A DNA stretch of 64,000 bases from Caldisericota bacterium (GTDB lineage Bacteria > Caldisericota > Caldisericia > UBA6126 > JAGPKI01): contig JBPOJC010000005.1 of the NCBI GenBank assembly GCA_052034135.1, positions 76 to 64,075 on the forward strand, read 5' to 3'. Position numbers and translations under genes: made by a program. Under the pieces are notes generated by a model that saw only the letters and a program-made list of their open reading frames with translations, was not told the origin of the DNA and did no database searches. Shown piece by piece: positions 47,244 to 57,741 of this stretch (within the stretch, counting starts at the first letter, position 1; each line of letters starts with the position of its first letter).

Positions 47244-48425
47244 ATGAATATATTTGAACTAATTAACTTTTCTTTTAAAAATCTTAAACGAAATAGAAGT
47301 AGAATTTTCTTAACTATTCTTTCTGTGGTTATTTCTATAACTTTTTTGATAAGTTTTCTTGGGCTTATTGAGGGCTACAATAAGGCGATTATGAAAGATA
47401 TTAATAACCTTGGAGTTCACTTATTGGCAATACCTAAAGGGTGTCCTTACGAAGCAACGGCTTTGATAATGCATGGAGGCATTATTCCCAATTATTTAGA
47501 TGAATCAGTTATACAAGAAATATCAAGTCTACCAAATATTTATGATTATTATGCAATGGTGATGGGTATTTTGCCCTCTAAGGAATCACCAGAGAGTACA
47601 GATATCATTTATGGTGTAACGGATGGAGTATTCAACCTTAAGAAAAACTGGGGAGTATCCAAAAATTTATTTTTAAATGAATCTGGGGCTGTGATTGGTA
47701 AAAGAAAAGCCTTGTCCTTAGGAGTTAAGGAGGGCGACTATATTAAGTTGGGAAATAATGGAAATAAATATAAGGTTTTGTATGTTATTCCAGAAACAGG
47801 CACAGAAGACGATAATATTATATTTCTGCCTTTAAAGAATGCTCAGGATGTACTAAATGTTTCAGGTAAAATAACGGGCGTAGCAATCTCACTAAAAGAT
47901 ATAACTAAACTAAAAGAAACATCAGATGAGATAGAGAAAATAAAAGATGTTCAGGTAGTTACTATGAATAATGTTCTTTCTGTAGTTATGGGATATATTC
48001 GTATTGTAAAAGCTCTTTTGCTCGGAATTGTAATTATAACTGTTTTAGTTAGTGGTATTCAAATTTTAAACAGTACATTAATAGCAGTTTTTGAACAGAT
48101 AAGAGAAATTGGAGTTTTTAAAGCAATAGGGGCAACAGGCAGGCAAATTGCAAGTTTTATTTTTATTCAGTCTTTTTTAGTCTCTCTGATAGGTAGTTTA
48201 TTTGCTATTCTTGTATCTTATATTATTGCTCCAATACTTAATATAATTACTAAAAGTTTTATTCCTTCGCCACCTGCTGGAAGCATTATTTCTTTTACTC
48301 CATCGATATTGCTTTATGGAGTATTGTTTTCCATAGTAGTAGGATTTATCGCAGGAATATACCCTGCATACAAGGCGAGCACTCTAAGTCCTTCAGAAGT
48401 AATTAGAATGGATGTGTTAGTATGA
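47244..48425 (+). CDS. ABC transporter permease, FtsX/MacB family
   Basis: An N-terminal TM helix, a large periplasmic domain, and three C-terminal TM helices with the GVFKAIGAT motif. Confidence 0.8.
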   Translation: MNIFELINFSFKNLKRNRSRIFLTILSVVISITFLISFLGLIEGYNKAIMKDINNLGVHLLAIPKGCPYEATALIMHGGIIPNYLDESVIQEISSLPNIYDYYAMVMGILPSKESPESTDIIYGVTDGVFNLKKNWGVSKNLFLNESGAVIGKRKALSLGVKEGDYIKLGNNGNKYKVLYVIPETGTEDDNIIFLPLKNAQDVLNVSGKITGVAISLKDITKLKETSDEIEKIKDVQVVTMNNVLSVVMGYIRIVKALLLGIVIITVLVSGIQILNSTLIAVFEQIREIGVFKAIGATGRQIASFIFIQSFLVSLIGSLFAILVSYIIAPILNIITKSFIPSPPAGSIISFTPSILLYGVLFSIVVGFIAGIYPAYKASTLSPSEVIRMDVLV

Positions 48426-49588
48426 ACTTCTTTAAACTTGCTTTTAAGAATTTATTAAGAAGAAAGATAAGAACAATTCTAACAATAATTGGTATCGGAG
48501 TAGTGATAGCAATATTTTTTAGTTTAATTTCATTTAATGAAGGGTATAGTCGTTCGTTAGGAAATGAATTTTTAAGTTTCGGAATTCATATTTTAGCTGT
48601 CCCTAAAGGGTGTCCTTACGAAGCAACTTCTCTTCTTCTTCATGGTGGAGAGATGGATAAAACTTTAACATATGCTCAATTTGAAGAAATTGCTAAAAAT
48701 GAATCAGTGGATATAGCTTCTCCATTACTTCTTATTAACACAACAATTAATTCTCATGAGTATAAAACTGCACTATACGGAATTTCCGATACTCTTTTTG
48801 ATTTAAAGCCATACTGGAAACTTAATGGTAATAAATTTTCTTCTTTAACTGCAAACGAGGCAATAATTGGTGATAATCTCGCTAAAGAACTAAATTTAAA
48901 GATTGGCGATAGGGTTTATCTAACCAACGATAAAATAGAAACAAAAGTTATTGGAATTCTCTCTCCCACTGGAACTTCGGATGATAACTTTATATATGTA
49001 CCATTACGGTTTTCAGAAAAATTGGCAGGTAAGAGCGATGCTTTAACCGCAGTAGCAATAAAAGTTAAACAAGGTGAAAAAATCGGAATGGTAGCAAACA
49101 CGCTTGCTCAAATACCTGATGTTCAAATGGTTACTTTTACGCAAGTTCAATCCACATTAAATGGTCTTGTTTCAACAACTCAGCAATTATTGCAGGTTGC
49201 AACAATTTTTACATTATTAATTGGATTAGTGAGTCTTGTTAATACTTTATATATGAGTATAACAGAAAGAAAAAAGGAATTAGGAATGCTAAAGGCAATT
49301 GGCGCAAGGAATAGCCAAATATTTTTCCTAATAATAACTGAAACAATTATTATTGTGCTTATATCTGCATTCCTTGGTATTATCTTGGCTGTTGGTTTCT
49401 CAGGCACAATTGAGTATATTATTAGAAAATTAATAGAGAGCGCTCCTCCGGGCAGATTAGCTTATTTTACATTTTCATCTTTGATATTGACTGTTTTAAT
49501 TTCTCTCTTAATTGGCGTGCTTTCAAGCTTATTTCCGGCTTATTTTGCTTCTAAAATTCCCCCTATGGAGGTCATAAGAAATGAATAA
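48422..49588 (+). CDS. ABC transporter permease, FtsX/MacB family (paralog)
   Basis: The same architecture (GMLKAIGAR), including the shared motif AVPKGCPYEAT. ATGA overlap with the previous gene. Confidence 0.8.
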   Translation: MNFFKLAFKNLLRRKIRTILTIIGIGVVIAIFFSLISFNEGYSRSLGNEFLSFGIHILAVPKGCPYEATSLLLHGGEMDKTLTYAQFEEIAKNESVDIASPLLLINTTINSHEYKTALYGISDTLFDLKPYWKLNGNKFSSLTANEAIIGDNLAKELNLKIGDRVYLTNDKIETKVIGILSPTGTSDDNFIYVPLRFSEKLAGKSDALTAVAIKVKQGEKIGMVANTLAQIPDVQMVTFTQVQSTLNGLVSTTQQLLQVATIFTLLIGLVSLVNTLYMSITERKKELGMLKAIGARNSQIFFLIITETIIIVLISAFLGIILAVGFSGTIEYIIRKLIESAPPGRLAYFTFSSLILTVLISLLIGVLSSLFPAYFASKIPPMEVIRNE

Positions 49589-50261
49589 TAATCAGACAAT
49601 TATTAACGCAATAGATTTAAAGAAATATTATAAAATAGGCAAAGCTGAAATTGCAGCATTAGCTGGAGTAAGTCTTGATATTAAGAAGGGGGAATTTTTA
49701 GCAATTCTCGGTTCATCTGGTTCCGGAAAGACAACTTTGCTTAACATAATCGGCTGTCTCGATAAACCAAGCAGTGGGAAGTTATTTGTAGCCGATAATG
49801 ATGTTACTGATCTTCCTGAAAAGAAATTAGTAGAAATAAGAAGAAAACATTTTGGTTTTATTTTTCAGCAATTCTTTTTAATCCCTACTTTAACTGTTCG
49901 AGAAAATGTTATGCTACCCATATTCTTTAGTGGGAAAAAAGTTTCAGACAAGTTTATTGATGAGGTATTGGAGCGAGTAGGACTCTTAAATAGAAAAAAA
50001 CACCTTCCGAGTGAGTTATCAGGTGGAGAAATGCAAAGAGTTGCTATTGCAAGAGCGCTTGTGAATAACTCAGAGATTATTATTGCTGATGAACCTACAG
50101 GTAATCTTGATTCTCAAAATGCGAAAAATATTTTCGGGCTATTTTCTAACTTGAATGACGATTTTGGAGTTACAATCATATGTGCCACACATAATCTTGA
50201 ACTTGCAAAAAAGGCAAAGGGTATAATTGAGTTAAAAGATGGTATAATAAAGAGTGAATGA
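49581..50261 (+). CDS. ABC transporter ATP-binding protein (MacB/LolD-like)
   Basis: GSSGSGKTTLLN, LSGGEMQRVAIARAL and IIADEPTGNLD. Confidence 0.9.
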   Translation: MNNNQTIINAIDLKKYYKIGKAEIAALAGVSLDIKKGEFLAILGSSGSGKTTLLNIIGCLDKPSSGKLFVADNDVTDLPEKKLVEIRRKHFGFIFQQFFLIPTLTVRENVMLPIFFSGKKVSDKFIDEVLERVGLLNRKKHLPSELSGGEMQRVAIARALVNNSEIIIADEPTGNLDSQNAKNIFGLFSNLNDDFGVTIICATHNLELAKKAKGIIELKDGIIKSE

Positions 50262-50327
50262 AAATTAAGTGCTAATTTGGGAAATTTTAATATTAGAACA
50301 ATAATTTAAATTAAGAGGTTTTGAATA

Positions 50328-52832
50328 GTGAATTGGGATAATTTAACAGAGAGAGCTCAAAGGGCGATAATGTTATCGCAAGAAGAGGCTCAAAGACTTG
50401 GCAATGACTATTTGGGTACTGAGCACATTCTTTTAGGCCTTATAAGAGAAGGTCAAGGTGTTGCTTACAGAGCACTTTCCCTTTTAGGCGTGAACTTTCA
50501 ATACATTTATCAAAGGATTGAAAGCATTGTTAAAGAGAACAAGCGAATGAGATTTTACGATTTTTCATCTACAGAAGTAACTCTCACCCCCAGGGCGAAA
50601 AGAGTTTTTGAAATTGCTTCACTGGAAGCTCAGGAATTAGGACATAATTATATTGGAACTGAACATATACTTTTAGGATTAATCAGGGAGGGCGAAGGTA
50701 TAGCAGCCAAAGTCCTTGAAGAATCAGGAGTTGATCTTGCAAAAGTTAGAGAAGTTGTTTTAGCATTAATTGGTGAAAAGGAAAGTTTTGAACCAAGGAA
50801 GGGAGTAAAAGGAGGAGAAAAAAATACTCCTAAAGTTAAAACTTCTACTCTTGACCAATTTAGTAGGGATTTAACACAACTTGCCAAACAAGAAAAATTA
50901 GATCCTGTAATAGGCAGAGAGAAAGAAATTCAACGTTTAATCCAGATTTTAACAAGACGAACAAAAAATAATCCAGTTTTGATAGGAGATCCTGGAGTTG
51001 GTAAAACAGTAATTGTAGAAGGTTTAGCCCAAAAAATAGTTAATAATGAAATTCCAGATATTTTAAAAGGTAAAAGAGTAATCTCTCTTGACCTCTCAGG
51101 TATTGTAGCTGGAACTAAGTATAGAGGCGAATTCGAAGAGAGAATGAAAAAGATTATGGACGAAATAAAAAAAGCAAGCGGAGAAATAATACTATTTATA
51201 GATGAACTTCATACTGTAATTGGAGCAGGTGCAGCAGAGGGTTCAATTGATGCCTCAAATATTTTGAAGCCAGCTCTCGCTCGAGGTGAGCTTCGTTGTA
51301 TTGGCGCAACTACTATTGATGAGTATAGAAAACATATTGAAAGAGACCCTGCTCTTGAGAGAAGATTTCAGGCAATATATGTGTCCGAGCCAACTGTTTC
51401 AGAAACAATTGATATTCTTAAAGGTTTAAAGGATAAGTACGAAGCACACCATAAAGTAAAGATTTCTGAAGAAGCTATAAGTTCTGCTGCTAAGCTATCT
51501 GCTCGCTACATTACTCAAAGATTTCTTCCAGATAAAGCAATAGACCTAATTGATGAAGCATGTTCAAGTGTTAGACTTAAAGCTTCTATTCCTCCTGCCT
51601 CACTTAAAGAGCTCGAGGAAAAGGCAAAACAGATGAGCATAGAGAAGGAGTCTGCTATAAGAGGGCAAGAATTTGAAAAAGCTGCTCACTTTAGGGATGA
51701 GGAAAAAAAGATGAAAACTGAATATGAAAGATTAAAAGCTAAATGGGAAGAAGAAAGTACATTTAATGAACCAATAGTGACAGACGATGATGTAGCAGAT
51801 GTTGTCTCTCAGTGGACAAATATTCCTGTAGGGAAACTACTCAAAGAAGAGAAAGAAAAACTCCTACGCATGGAAGAAAGTTTAGCACAAAAGATTATAG
51901 GACAGGATGAAGTTATAAATATTGTTTCAAATGTGATAAGAAGAGCAAAAACTGGTTTAAAAGATTCCAGAAAGCCTGTTGGTGCTTTTCTATTCCTTGG
52001 TCCAACAGGTGTAGGAAAAACAGAATTTGCACGAGTTTTAGCTGAATATCTTTTTGGGACACCCGATGCGTTGATCAGGTTCGATATGAGTGAGTATATG
52101 GAAAAATTTTCAGTCTCTCGTCTCATAGGTGCTCCTCCAGGTTATGTAGGGTATGATGAAGGCGGGCAGCTAACTGAATCTGTAAGAAGGCAACCTTATT
52201 CTGTAGTTTTATTTGATGAAATTGAAAAAGCTCACCCAGACATTTACAACATTTTGCTTCAAATTTTTGATAACGGTAAACTTACTGATTCACAAGGAAG
52301 GGTTGTAAATTTCTCTAATACTATAATAATACTCACATCAAATTTATGGGGTGGACAAAAGAGTAGCAAGGCACTTGGCTTTACAACTGATAAAAATTCA
52401 AGCGAAGAAGATAAAGTTTTAAAGAAAGAAAATTTAATGAATGAGCTTAAAAAATATTTTAAACCTGAATTTCTGAACAGGTTGGATGATGAAATAGTTT
52501 TCAATTCATTAACACAGGATGACATTTTGAAAATGGTAGATTTGTTATTTAAGAAAATTCAAGGAGAATTAAGCGATAACAATATAAAACTTACTCTTTC
52601 GAATGAAGCAAAGAAACAACTTGCAATTTTAGGATTTGATGAGAAATTCGGAGCAAGACCACTTTGGAGAGTAATGGAGAAAAATATTTCCAATGCCATA
52701 TCTGAAAAGATACTCCAGGACGAAATAAAAGACGAAGACTCCATTTATATAGATTATGAAGATGGTAATTTTAAATTTGTAAAAGTTAAGTCTAATGATT
52801 TAGAAGAAGCTCCTGCTCAATTATCTTCTTAG
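50328..52832 (+). CDS. clpC: ATP-dependent Clp protease ATP-binding subunit ClpC
   Basis: A duplicated Clp_N repeat ([13 protein letters not shown] x2), two AAA+ modules ([17 protein letters not shown]) and a UVR motif ([14 protein letters not shown]). The start codon is GTG. Confidence 0.9.
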   Translation: MNWDNLTERAQRAIMLSQEEAQRLGNDYLGTEHILLGLIREGQGVAYRALSLLGVNFQYIYQRIESIVKENKRMRFYDFSSTEVTLTPRAKRVFEIASLEAQELGHNYIGTEHILLGLIREGEGIAAKVLEESGVDLAKVREVVLALIGEKESFEPRKGVKGGEKNTPKVKTSTLDQFSRDLTQLAKQEKLDPVIGREKEIQRLIQILTRRTKNNPVLIGDPGVGKTVIVEGLAQKIVNNEIPDILKGKRVISLDLSGIVAGTKYRGEFEERMKKIMDEIKKASGEIILFIDELHTVIGAGAAEGSIDASNILKPALARGELRCIGATTIDEYRKHIERDPALERRFQAIYVSEPTVSETIDILKGLKDKYEAHHKVKISEEAISSAAKLSARYITQRFLPDKAIDLIDEACSSVRLKASIPPASLKELEEKAKQMSIEKESAIRGQEFEKAAHFRDEEKKMKTEYERLKAKWEEESTFNEPIVTDDDVADVVSQWTNIPVGKLLKEEKEKLLRMEESLAQKIIGQDEVINIVSNVIRRAKTGLKDSRKPVGAFLFLGPTGVGKTEFARVLAEYLFGTPDALIRFDMSEYMEKFSVSRLIGAPPGYVGYDEGGQLTESVRRQPYSVVLFDEIEKAHPDIYNILLQIFDNGKLTDSQGRVVNFSNTIIILTSNLWGGQKSSKALGFTTDKNSSEEDKVLKKENLMNELKKYFKPEFLNRLDDEIVFNSLTQDDILKMVDLLFKKIQGELSDNNIKLTLSNEAKKQLAILGFDEKFGARPLWRVMEKNISNAISEKILQDEIKDEDSIYIDYEDGNFKFVKVKSNDLEEAPAQLSS

Positions 52833-53183
52833 TTCTTCCTCAGTAAAACCAAAATGGTGCGCTATCTCGTGATAAAGGACTTCTTTGATTAATTTGCTTA
52901 TTTCAATATTTCTAATTGCTGCAACTTTTTTAATGTTTTCAGAAAATAGTGTAATCTTGTCAGGGAGTGTAAAGGAATAACCTAAAGAGCCTTTTAAGGG
53001 GTTAGGGATTCCCTCATAAAGCCCTAAAAGGAGACTATCCTTGGAGGAAAACTCTTTTTGGGGATAATCTTTAATAAAAATTGCTACATTTTTAAGTTTT
53101 TCTTTAAACTCATTTGGAAGAGAATTGACAGCATCCTCAACATAATCGCGAAAAGTTTTTTCTTTTTCTTCTTCTTCAGACAT
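52821..53183 (-). CDS. Small zincin-like metallopeptidase family protein
   Basis: C-terminal HEIAHHFG (HExxH). Its 3' end overlaps the clpC 3' end by 12 nt in convergent orientation. Confidence 0.6.
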   Translation of the reverse strand: MSEEEEKEKTFRDYVEDAVNSLPNEFKEKLKNVAIFIKDYPQKEFSSKDSLLLGLYEGIPNPLKGSLGYSFTLPDKITLFSENIKKVAAIRNIEISKLIKEVLYHEIAHHFGFTEEELRR

Positions 53184-53237
53184 TTACTAAAATTATAGTT
53201 AGTTTAGTATTTTTATGTAATATAAAGAAGTAAAAAG

Positions 53238-53450
53238 AGGAGACCCTTCGTCGCTTTCAGATACGCTCCTCAGGGTGACTGGTGGCTTGAGATCCTTCGG
53301 TCGTTGAGAAGACACTCCCTCAGGAAGACGGGAGGGAGTGTGAGATCCCTTCGTCGCTTTCAGATATGCTCCTCAGGGTGACGAGGGTGGTGAGCGGAGA
53401 CCCTTACGAAGTAAAATACGTTCCTTCAGGGTAACGGAGGTATTCCAATC
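53238..53450. repeat. Four head-to-tail 51-55 bp units of the GAGA(C/T)CCTT..CAGGGTGAC repeat family
   Basis: The units start at about 53238, 53289, 53342 and 53397. Units 1 and 3 are almost identical (gagacccttcgtcgctttcagatacgctcctcagggtgac versus gagatcccttcgtcgctttcagatatgctcctcagggtgac). Confidence 0.85.
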
Positions 53451-53523
53451 TCAAAAGAATCTAATAAAATGAAAATGTTAGTAGATCAAATTTATTAAAT
53501 AAAACAACATAACGGAGGGTCAA

Positions 53524-53958
53524 ATGCTAAAAGAATTCAAAGAGTTTATAATGCGAGGAAATGTTCTTGATATGGCAATTGGAATTATAATTGGTGCAGC
53601 TTTTGGAAAAATTGTAACTTCTCTCGTCAATGATATCTTGATGCCGCCGATTGGATTATTGCTTGGTAGAGTAGATTTTTCAAACTTGTTCATAAATCTA
53701 TCAGGACATCCCTATAAAACACTTGCAGAAGCAAAAGCAGCAGGTGCAGCAACTATAAACTACGGCGTATTTCTCAATAATGTAATTGACTTTATAATAG
53801 TATCTTTCGCTATCTTCTTGCTCGTTCGCCAAATAAATAGATTGAAACGTCAGGAAGAAAAGCAAGTAACAACTAAAGAGTGTCCATATTGTCATTCTAA
53901 TATTCCAATCAAAGCAATTCGTTGTCCCTACTGTACTTCAGAACTAACAGCACCATAA
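53524..53958 (+). CDS. mscL: Large-conductance mechanosensitive channel MscL with C-terminal zinc-ribbon
   Basis: [34 protein letters not shown] is the canonical MscL N-terminus. The C-terminus is [18 protein letters not shown]. Confidence 0.9.
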   Translation: MLKEFKEFIMRGNVLDMAIGIIIGAAFGKIVTSLVNDILMPPIGLLLGRVDFSNLFINLSGHPYKTLAEAKAAGAATINYGVFLNNVIDFIIVSFAIFLLVRQINRLKRQEEKQVTTKECPYCHSNIPIKAIRCPYCTSELTAP

Positions 53959-54023
53959 AATGATAAAAATTTACTAAAAAGTTTTAAATAAAATAATAAA
54001 TAATAGGTTTTTGAATTCTTTTA

Positions 54024-54057
54024 TCAAAAATGGTAATATTTCAAAAATGGTAATATT
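54024..54057 (+). promoter_or_regulatory. Perfect 17-bp tandem direct repeat (CAAAAATGGTAATATTT x2), each copy carrying an extended -10-like TGgTAATAT
   Basis: Read directly from the sequence. It ends 45 bp upstream of the peroxiredoxin ATG. Confidence 0.4.
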
Positions 54058-54102
54058 TATTTATAAGGAATCATAAAACTTAAAAAGAGGAGGAAGAAAA
54101 TT

Positions 54103-54768
54103 ATGGAATCTACACAAGAGAAGAGAATGCCACTTTTAGGAGATACCTTTCCGGAAATGAGAGTGCAGACTACACACGGAATAATGGAGTTGCCTAAAGC
54201 TTTTGCGGGAAAATGGTTTGTTCTGTTTAGTCATCCCGCAGATTTCACGCCTGTTTGCACTACAGAATTTGTTGCTTTTCAAAATAGATACGATAAATTT
54301 AGAGCAATGAACTGTGAACTCATAGGATTAAGCGTTGATCAAGTTTTTGCTCACATAAAGTGGGAGGAGTGGATAAAAGAGAATTTAAATGTTGAAATAC
54401 AATTTCCAATAATTGCTGATACGGGATCTGTTGCACAAACTCTCGGTTTAATTCATCCTGGTAAAGGAACAAATACAGTAAGAGCGGTTTTTGTTGTTGA
54501 TGATAATGCAAAAATAAGAGTTATACTTTACTATCCTCAGGAATTAGGCAGAAACATGGAAGAGATTTTAAGAATTGTTGAAGCAATACAGATTTCCGAT
54601 AAAAATAAGGTTTCTATGCCGGCTAATTGGCCAAACAATGAGCTCATAAAAGACCGTGTAATAATTCCAGCTCCTACTGATGTGAAAGGAGCTAATGAAA
54701 GAAAAGAAAAAGCAAAAATGGGTGAAATTGAGTGTTTTGATTGGTGGCTATGCCATAGAAAATTATAA
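54103..54768 (+). CDS. Peroxiredoxin (Prx6/1-Cys-like)
   Basis: [12 protein letters not shown] active-site motif, 221 aa, and a strong SD (AGAGGAGG). Confidence 0.9.
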   Translation: MESTQEKRMPLLGDTFPEMRVQTTHGIMELPKAFAGKWFVLFSHPADFTPVCTTEFVAFQNRYDKFRAMNCELIGLSVDQVFAHIKWEEWIKENLNVEIQFPIIADTGSVAQTLGLIHPGKGTNTVRAVFVVDDNAKIRVILYYPQELGRNMEEILRIVEAIQISDKNKVSMPANWPNNELIKDRVIIPAPTDVKGANERKEKAKMGEIECFDWWLCHRKL

Positions 54769-54784
54769 AGAGTAGGAGAAAAAC

Positions 54785-55066
54785 ATGTTATCACAAATAC
54801 CTATTAACCTTGAAAAGGTAGGAAAAGATTTAGATAAGGAGATTTTAAGGGCAGGAATAATAGCTGAATTAGATGCCATAAACCTATATGAGCAAATGGC
54901 AGCTATGACCAAAAATGATCTTATTAGGAAAATGCTTTTGGATATAGCCAAAGAAGAAAAGACCCACATGGGCGAATTTCAAACACTACTATTAAAGGAA
55001 GACGAAGAGCAATTAAAGGAGTTAGAAGCAGGAAAAAAGGAAGTCATTGAATTGATGGAGGAATAA
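54785..55066 (+). CDS. EncFtn-like (encapsulated-ferritin family) ferritin-like protein
   Basis: AELDAINLYEQM..LLDIAKEEKTHMGEFQTLL parallels EELEAVDWYDQR..NRDEEKEHAAMTLEWL of R. rubrum EncFtn as I recall it. Confidence 0.5.
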   Translation: MLSQIPINLEKVGKDLDKEILRAGIIAELDAINLYEQMAAMTKNDLIRKMLLDIAKEEKTHMGEFQTLLLKEDEEQLKELEAGKKEVIELMEE

Positions 55067-55138
55067 CACTGGTGTAAAGATTCCACTTTTGAATTAATTT
55101 ATTAGCAAAACTTAAATCATAAGAGATTTAGGTGAAAT

Positions 55139-55888
55139 ATGGTTAAAAAACAAAAAAATTTGGATTTAATCAATATTCGTAAAAATTTAGTTATAGTTAC
55201 TATATTTGGTATAGCTATGGGTTTTCTTGAAACAGTGGTAGTTGTTTACCTTAGGCAGTTATATTATCCAGAAGGATTTATGTTTCCTCTAAAATTAATG
55301 TCCTTAGATGTTACTATTATTGAATATATAAGAGAAATCTCTACTTTAGTAATGCTTTGCTGCATAGGGGCAATTGCTGGAACGAATTTTCTTGAAAAAT
55401 TCTCTTATTTCCTTTACTGCTTTGGTATATGGGATATTTTCTATTATATATGGCTGAAAGTTTTAATTAATTGGCCATCATCTTTATTGACGTGGGATAT
55501 TTTATTTCTTATTCCTGTTGTATGGGTTGGTCCTGTTTTAGCACCTGTAATTTGTTCTATAACAATGATATTTTTAGCTGGATGTGTATTATATTTTAAA
55601 GGTAAAGGGCATTCCGTGAGTATGACTTTGCGCGAATGGTTATTAATGATAGTAGGTGCATTTATTATTTTCTGTACATTTATTTGGGATTATACTAAGT
55701 TAATAATCAAAGGAGGCTTTCTTTCAAACATATGGACAATAGGGACTAATGAGGATTTTCAGCAGCTAATTTCTCAATATGTTCCTACTCATTATAATTG
55801 GTATCTATTCATTATAGGAGAAATATTTATACTTTGTTCTATAGGGTTATTTTGTAGAAGATTTAAAAAATCAACCTCTAATAACTGA
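55139..55888 (+). CDS. Polytopic membrane protein, unknown function
   Basis: About 6-7 hydrophobic helices and no recognisable motif. Confidence 0.5.
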   Translation: MVKKQKNLDLINIRKNLVIVTIFGIAMGFLETVVVVYLRQLYYPEGFMFPLKLMSLDVTIIEYIREISTLVMLCCIGAIAGTNFLEKFSYFLYCFGIWDIFYYIWLKVLINWPSSLLTWDILFLIPVVWVGPVLAPVICSITMIFLAGCVLYFKGKGHSVSMTLREWLLMIVGAFIIFCTFIWDYTKLIIKGGFLSNIWTIGTNEDFQQLISQYVPTHYNWYLFIIGEIFILCSIGLFCRRFKKSTSNN

Positions 55889-55957
55889 ATTGATTTTTAT
55901 TTGTGGAAAGTAGAAAATATAATTAATATGTTTTAGAATAAGAGGCGATAAATAAAG

Positions 55958-56506
55958 ATGGAAAAAAGAAAAGATAATTTAAAAGGCAAAATTATATTTG
56001 TATCTATTTTTTTGATTGTAATTTTTATTAGTTCTTGCAGTAAGCCTTCATCGAACAAAGTATTCTCTAATAAGTATTTTACTTTTGAATATCCAAAGGA
56101 TTGGTCTGTGAGCGCTAAAGAAAATAATGTTACAGTTACAGGACCTATTGAAGATGCTTATTTTGTCAATGTAAAATTTGATTTTAGTCCCGAAGTTAAT
56201 AGTAATCTCATTGAATTTAAAAAAACCGTTGAAACTCAAAATAGATTAGAGCTTCTTCCTGGTTTTGTAGATGGAGGAGAGAAAGAATTAACAATTTCAG
56301 GTATTCCTGCTATTAAGCATTCTTTGAAAACAGTCGTAAAGCCTACTGAATCTGCCCCATATATAACTCTCTTTGTTAATCTTATATATGTTGTATCTGA
56401 AGATCAAAAGGTTGGCGTTGTCATAACTACGGAGGTTCCTGAAAGATATAACCTTAAATATGAAGATATTCTTAATAATATAATTAATTCCTTTAAGTTT
56501 AGATAA
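55958..56506 (+). CDS. Putative lipoprotein, unknown function
   Basis: A signal peptide with lipobox (ISSC). Confidence 0.5.
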   Translation: MEKRKDNLKGKIIFVSIFLIVIFISSCSKPSSNKVFSNKYFTFEYPKDWSVSAKENNVTVTGPIEDAYFVNVKFDFSPEVNSNLIEFKKTVETQNRLELLPGFVDGGEKELTISGIPAIKHSLKTVVKPTESAPYITLFVNLIYVVSEDQKVGVVITTEVPERYNLKYEDILNNIINSFKFR

Positions 56507-57741
56507 TGAAGAAATATGTATTAATTTTTTTACTCGTTTTATTTGTGTTAAACAGTTTTTCTGCATTTAATTTAGCTGCAGAAGATAGCTCCATACATAT
56601 TTCAATAAATGAAAGCCAATTCTTATATGTTGGAAATAACTATACAAAAAGGATTATTGCTTTGGAAAAGTATGGATATTGTATAAAAAATATTTCCACT
56701 GAAACTAAAATAAAGTATTTAGAAGATATATGCTCTTGTCCCTGCGGAGGCTATTTGTTAATTTCCGATCCATTAAATAATAAGGTGGTTTCTATTGATG
56801 ATATAGATGGTAAAACTAATTATACTATATCGGTTGAAAAGCCTGGAAGTTTAGCAATTTCTAAAAATAAAATAAGATATGAGGGAATTATCAGCGAAAA
56901 GAGAAATTCCATTCTATTATATACTGACAGTGGCAAAATTATTAGAGAGATACCTCAAAAAGGTAAATTCGATGAAGCCTCGGCAATTCTCATTGATAAA
57001 GATAACAATATTTGGGTATCTGATTCTAAAGACGGCAAGTTACTAAAGTTAGACTTAAAAGGTAATATTTTAAAGAACATAAAAAATGCTGATTTGTATG
57101 GGGCAACAGATATTGATTCAGATAAATTTGGTTACGTTTACACAATATCGAGAAATAAAGTTTTGCTTAAGTTTGGAAGTGATGGAAAATTTTTAGGGAA
57201 GTTTAATCTCAGTAATATTCTTACTTCTTCGCCTGTAAGTTTAGCGATCGATTCTGTTGATTCTTTTATTTGGATTGCTTGTAGCGATGATAATATCTTT
57301 AAGTTTGATTCAAACTTAAAACTAATTGATAAAATTACAGATATTACAAAGAAAGAAAAGAAAAAGGTTATATATCTAAAGATAGGCAGCAGAATACTCG
57401 ATTATGTTGGATTTAACCCCACTATTTTGGATGCACCACCTTTTATAGATAAGAGTTCAAATAGGACTCTTGTCCCGGTGAGAGCAATATCTGAAATTTA
57501 TGGTGCAGAAGTCGCATGGGCTGATAAGGAAAGAAAAGTAACTATAAAACTTGGTTCCAAAGTAATCAATCTTTTTATAGGTAAGAAAGAAGCCACCATT
57601 AACGGTAAGACTTTTATTTTGGATTGTCCACCAATGATTGTATCAGGCAGGACATTTGTTCCTTTAAGGTTTATTTCAGAGGCTTTAGGCGCAGAGGTTA
57701 AGTGGATTCCTTCGGAAGAAAGAATAGTTATAGCTCTGTAA
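56506..57741 (+). CDS. Secreted beta-propeller (NHL-like) protein with C-terminal copper-amine-oxidase-N-like domain
   Basis: A signal peptide, repeated DS.DGKLLK/GSDGKFLGKF blades, and C-terminal RTLVPVRAISEIYGAEV..GRTFVPLRFISEALGAEV repeats. Confidence 0.6.
   Translation: MKKYVLIFLLVLFVLNSFSAFNLAAEDSSIHISINESQFLYVGNNYTKRIIALEKYGYCIKNISTETKIKYLEDICSCPCGGYLLISDPLNNKVVSIDDIDGKTNYTISVEKPGSLAISKNKIRYEGIISEKRNSILLYTDSGKIIREIPQKGKFDEASAILIDKDNNIWVSDSKDGKLLKLDLKGNILKNIKNADLYGATDIDSDKFGYVYTISRNKVLLKFGSDGKFLGKFNLSNILTSSPVSLAIDSVDSFIWIACSDDNIFKFDSNLKLIDKITDITKKEKKKVIYLKIGSRILDYVGFNPTILDAPPFIDKSSNRTLVPVRAISEIYGAEVAWADKERKVTIKLGSKVINLFIGKKEATINGKTFILDCPPMIVSGRTFVPLRFISEALGAEVKWIPSEERIVIAL

Noticed and set aside
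53238-53450. Four regularly spaced 51-55 bp units considered as a degenerate CRISPR array for the orphan type III system
   Set aside because: The units abut one another with no unique spacers. They differ in sequence far more than CRISPR repeats do. They belong to the dispersed hairpin-repeat family also seen at 6.7-7.6, 39.0 and 63.9 kb.
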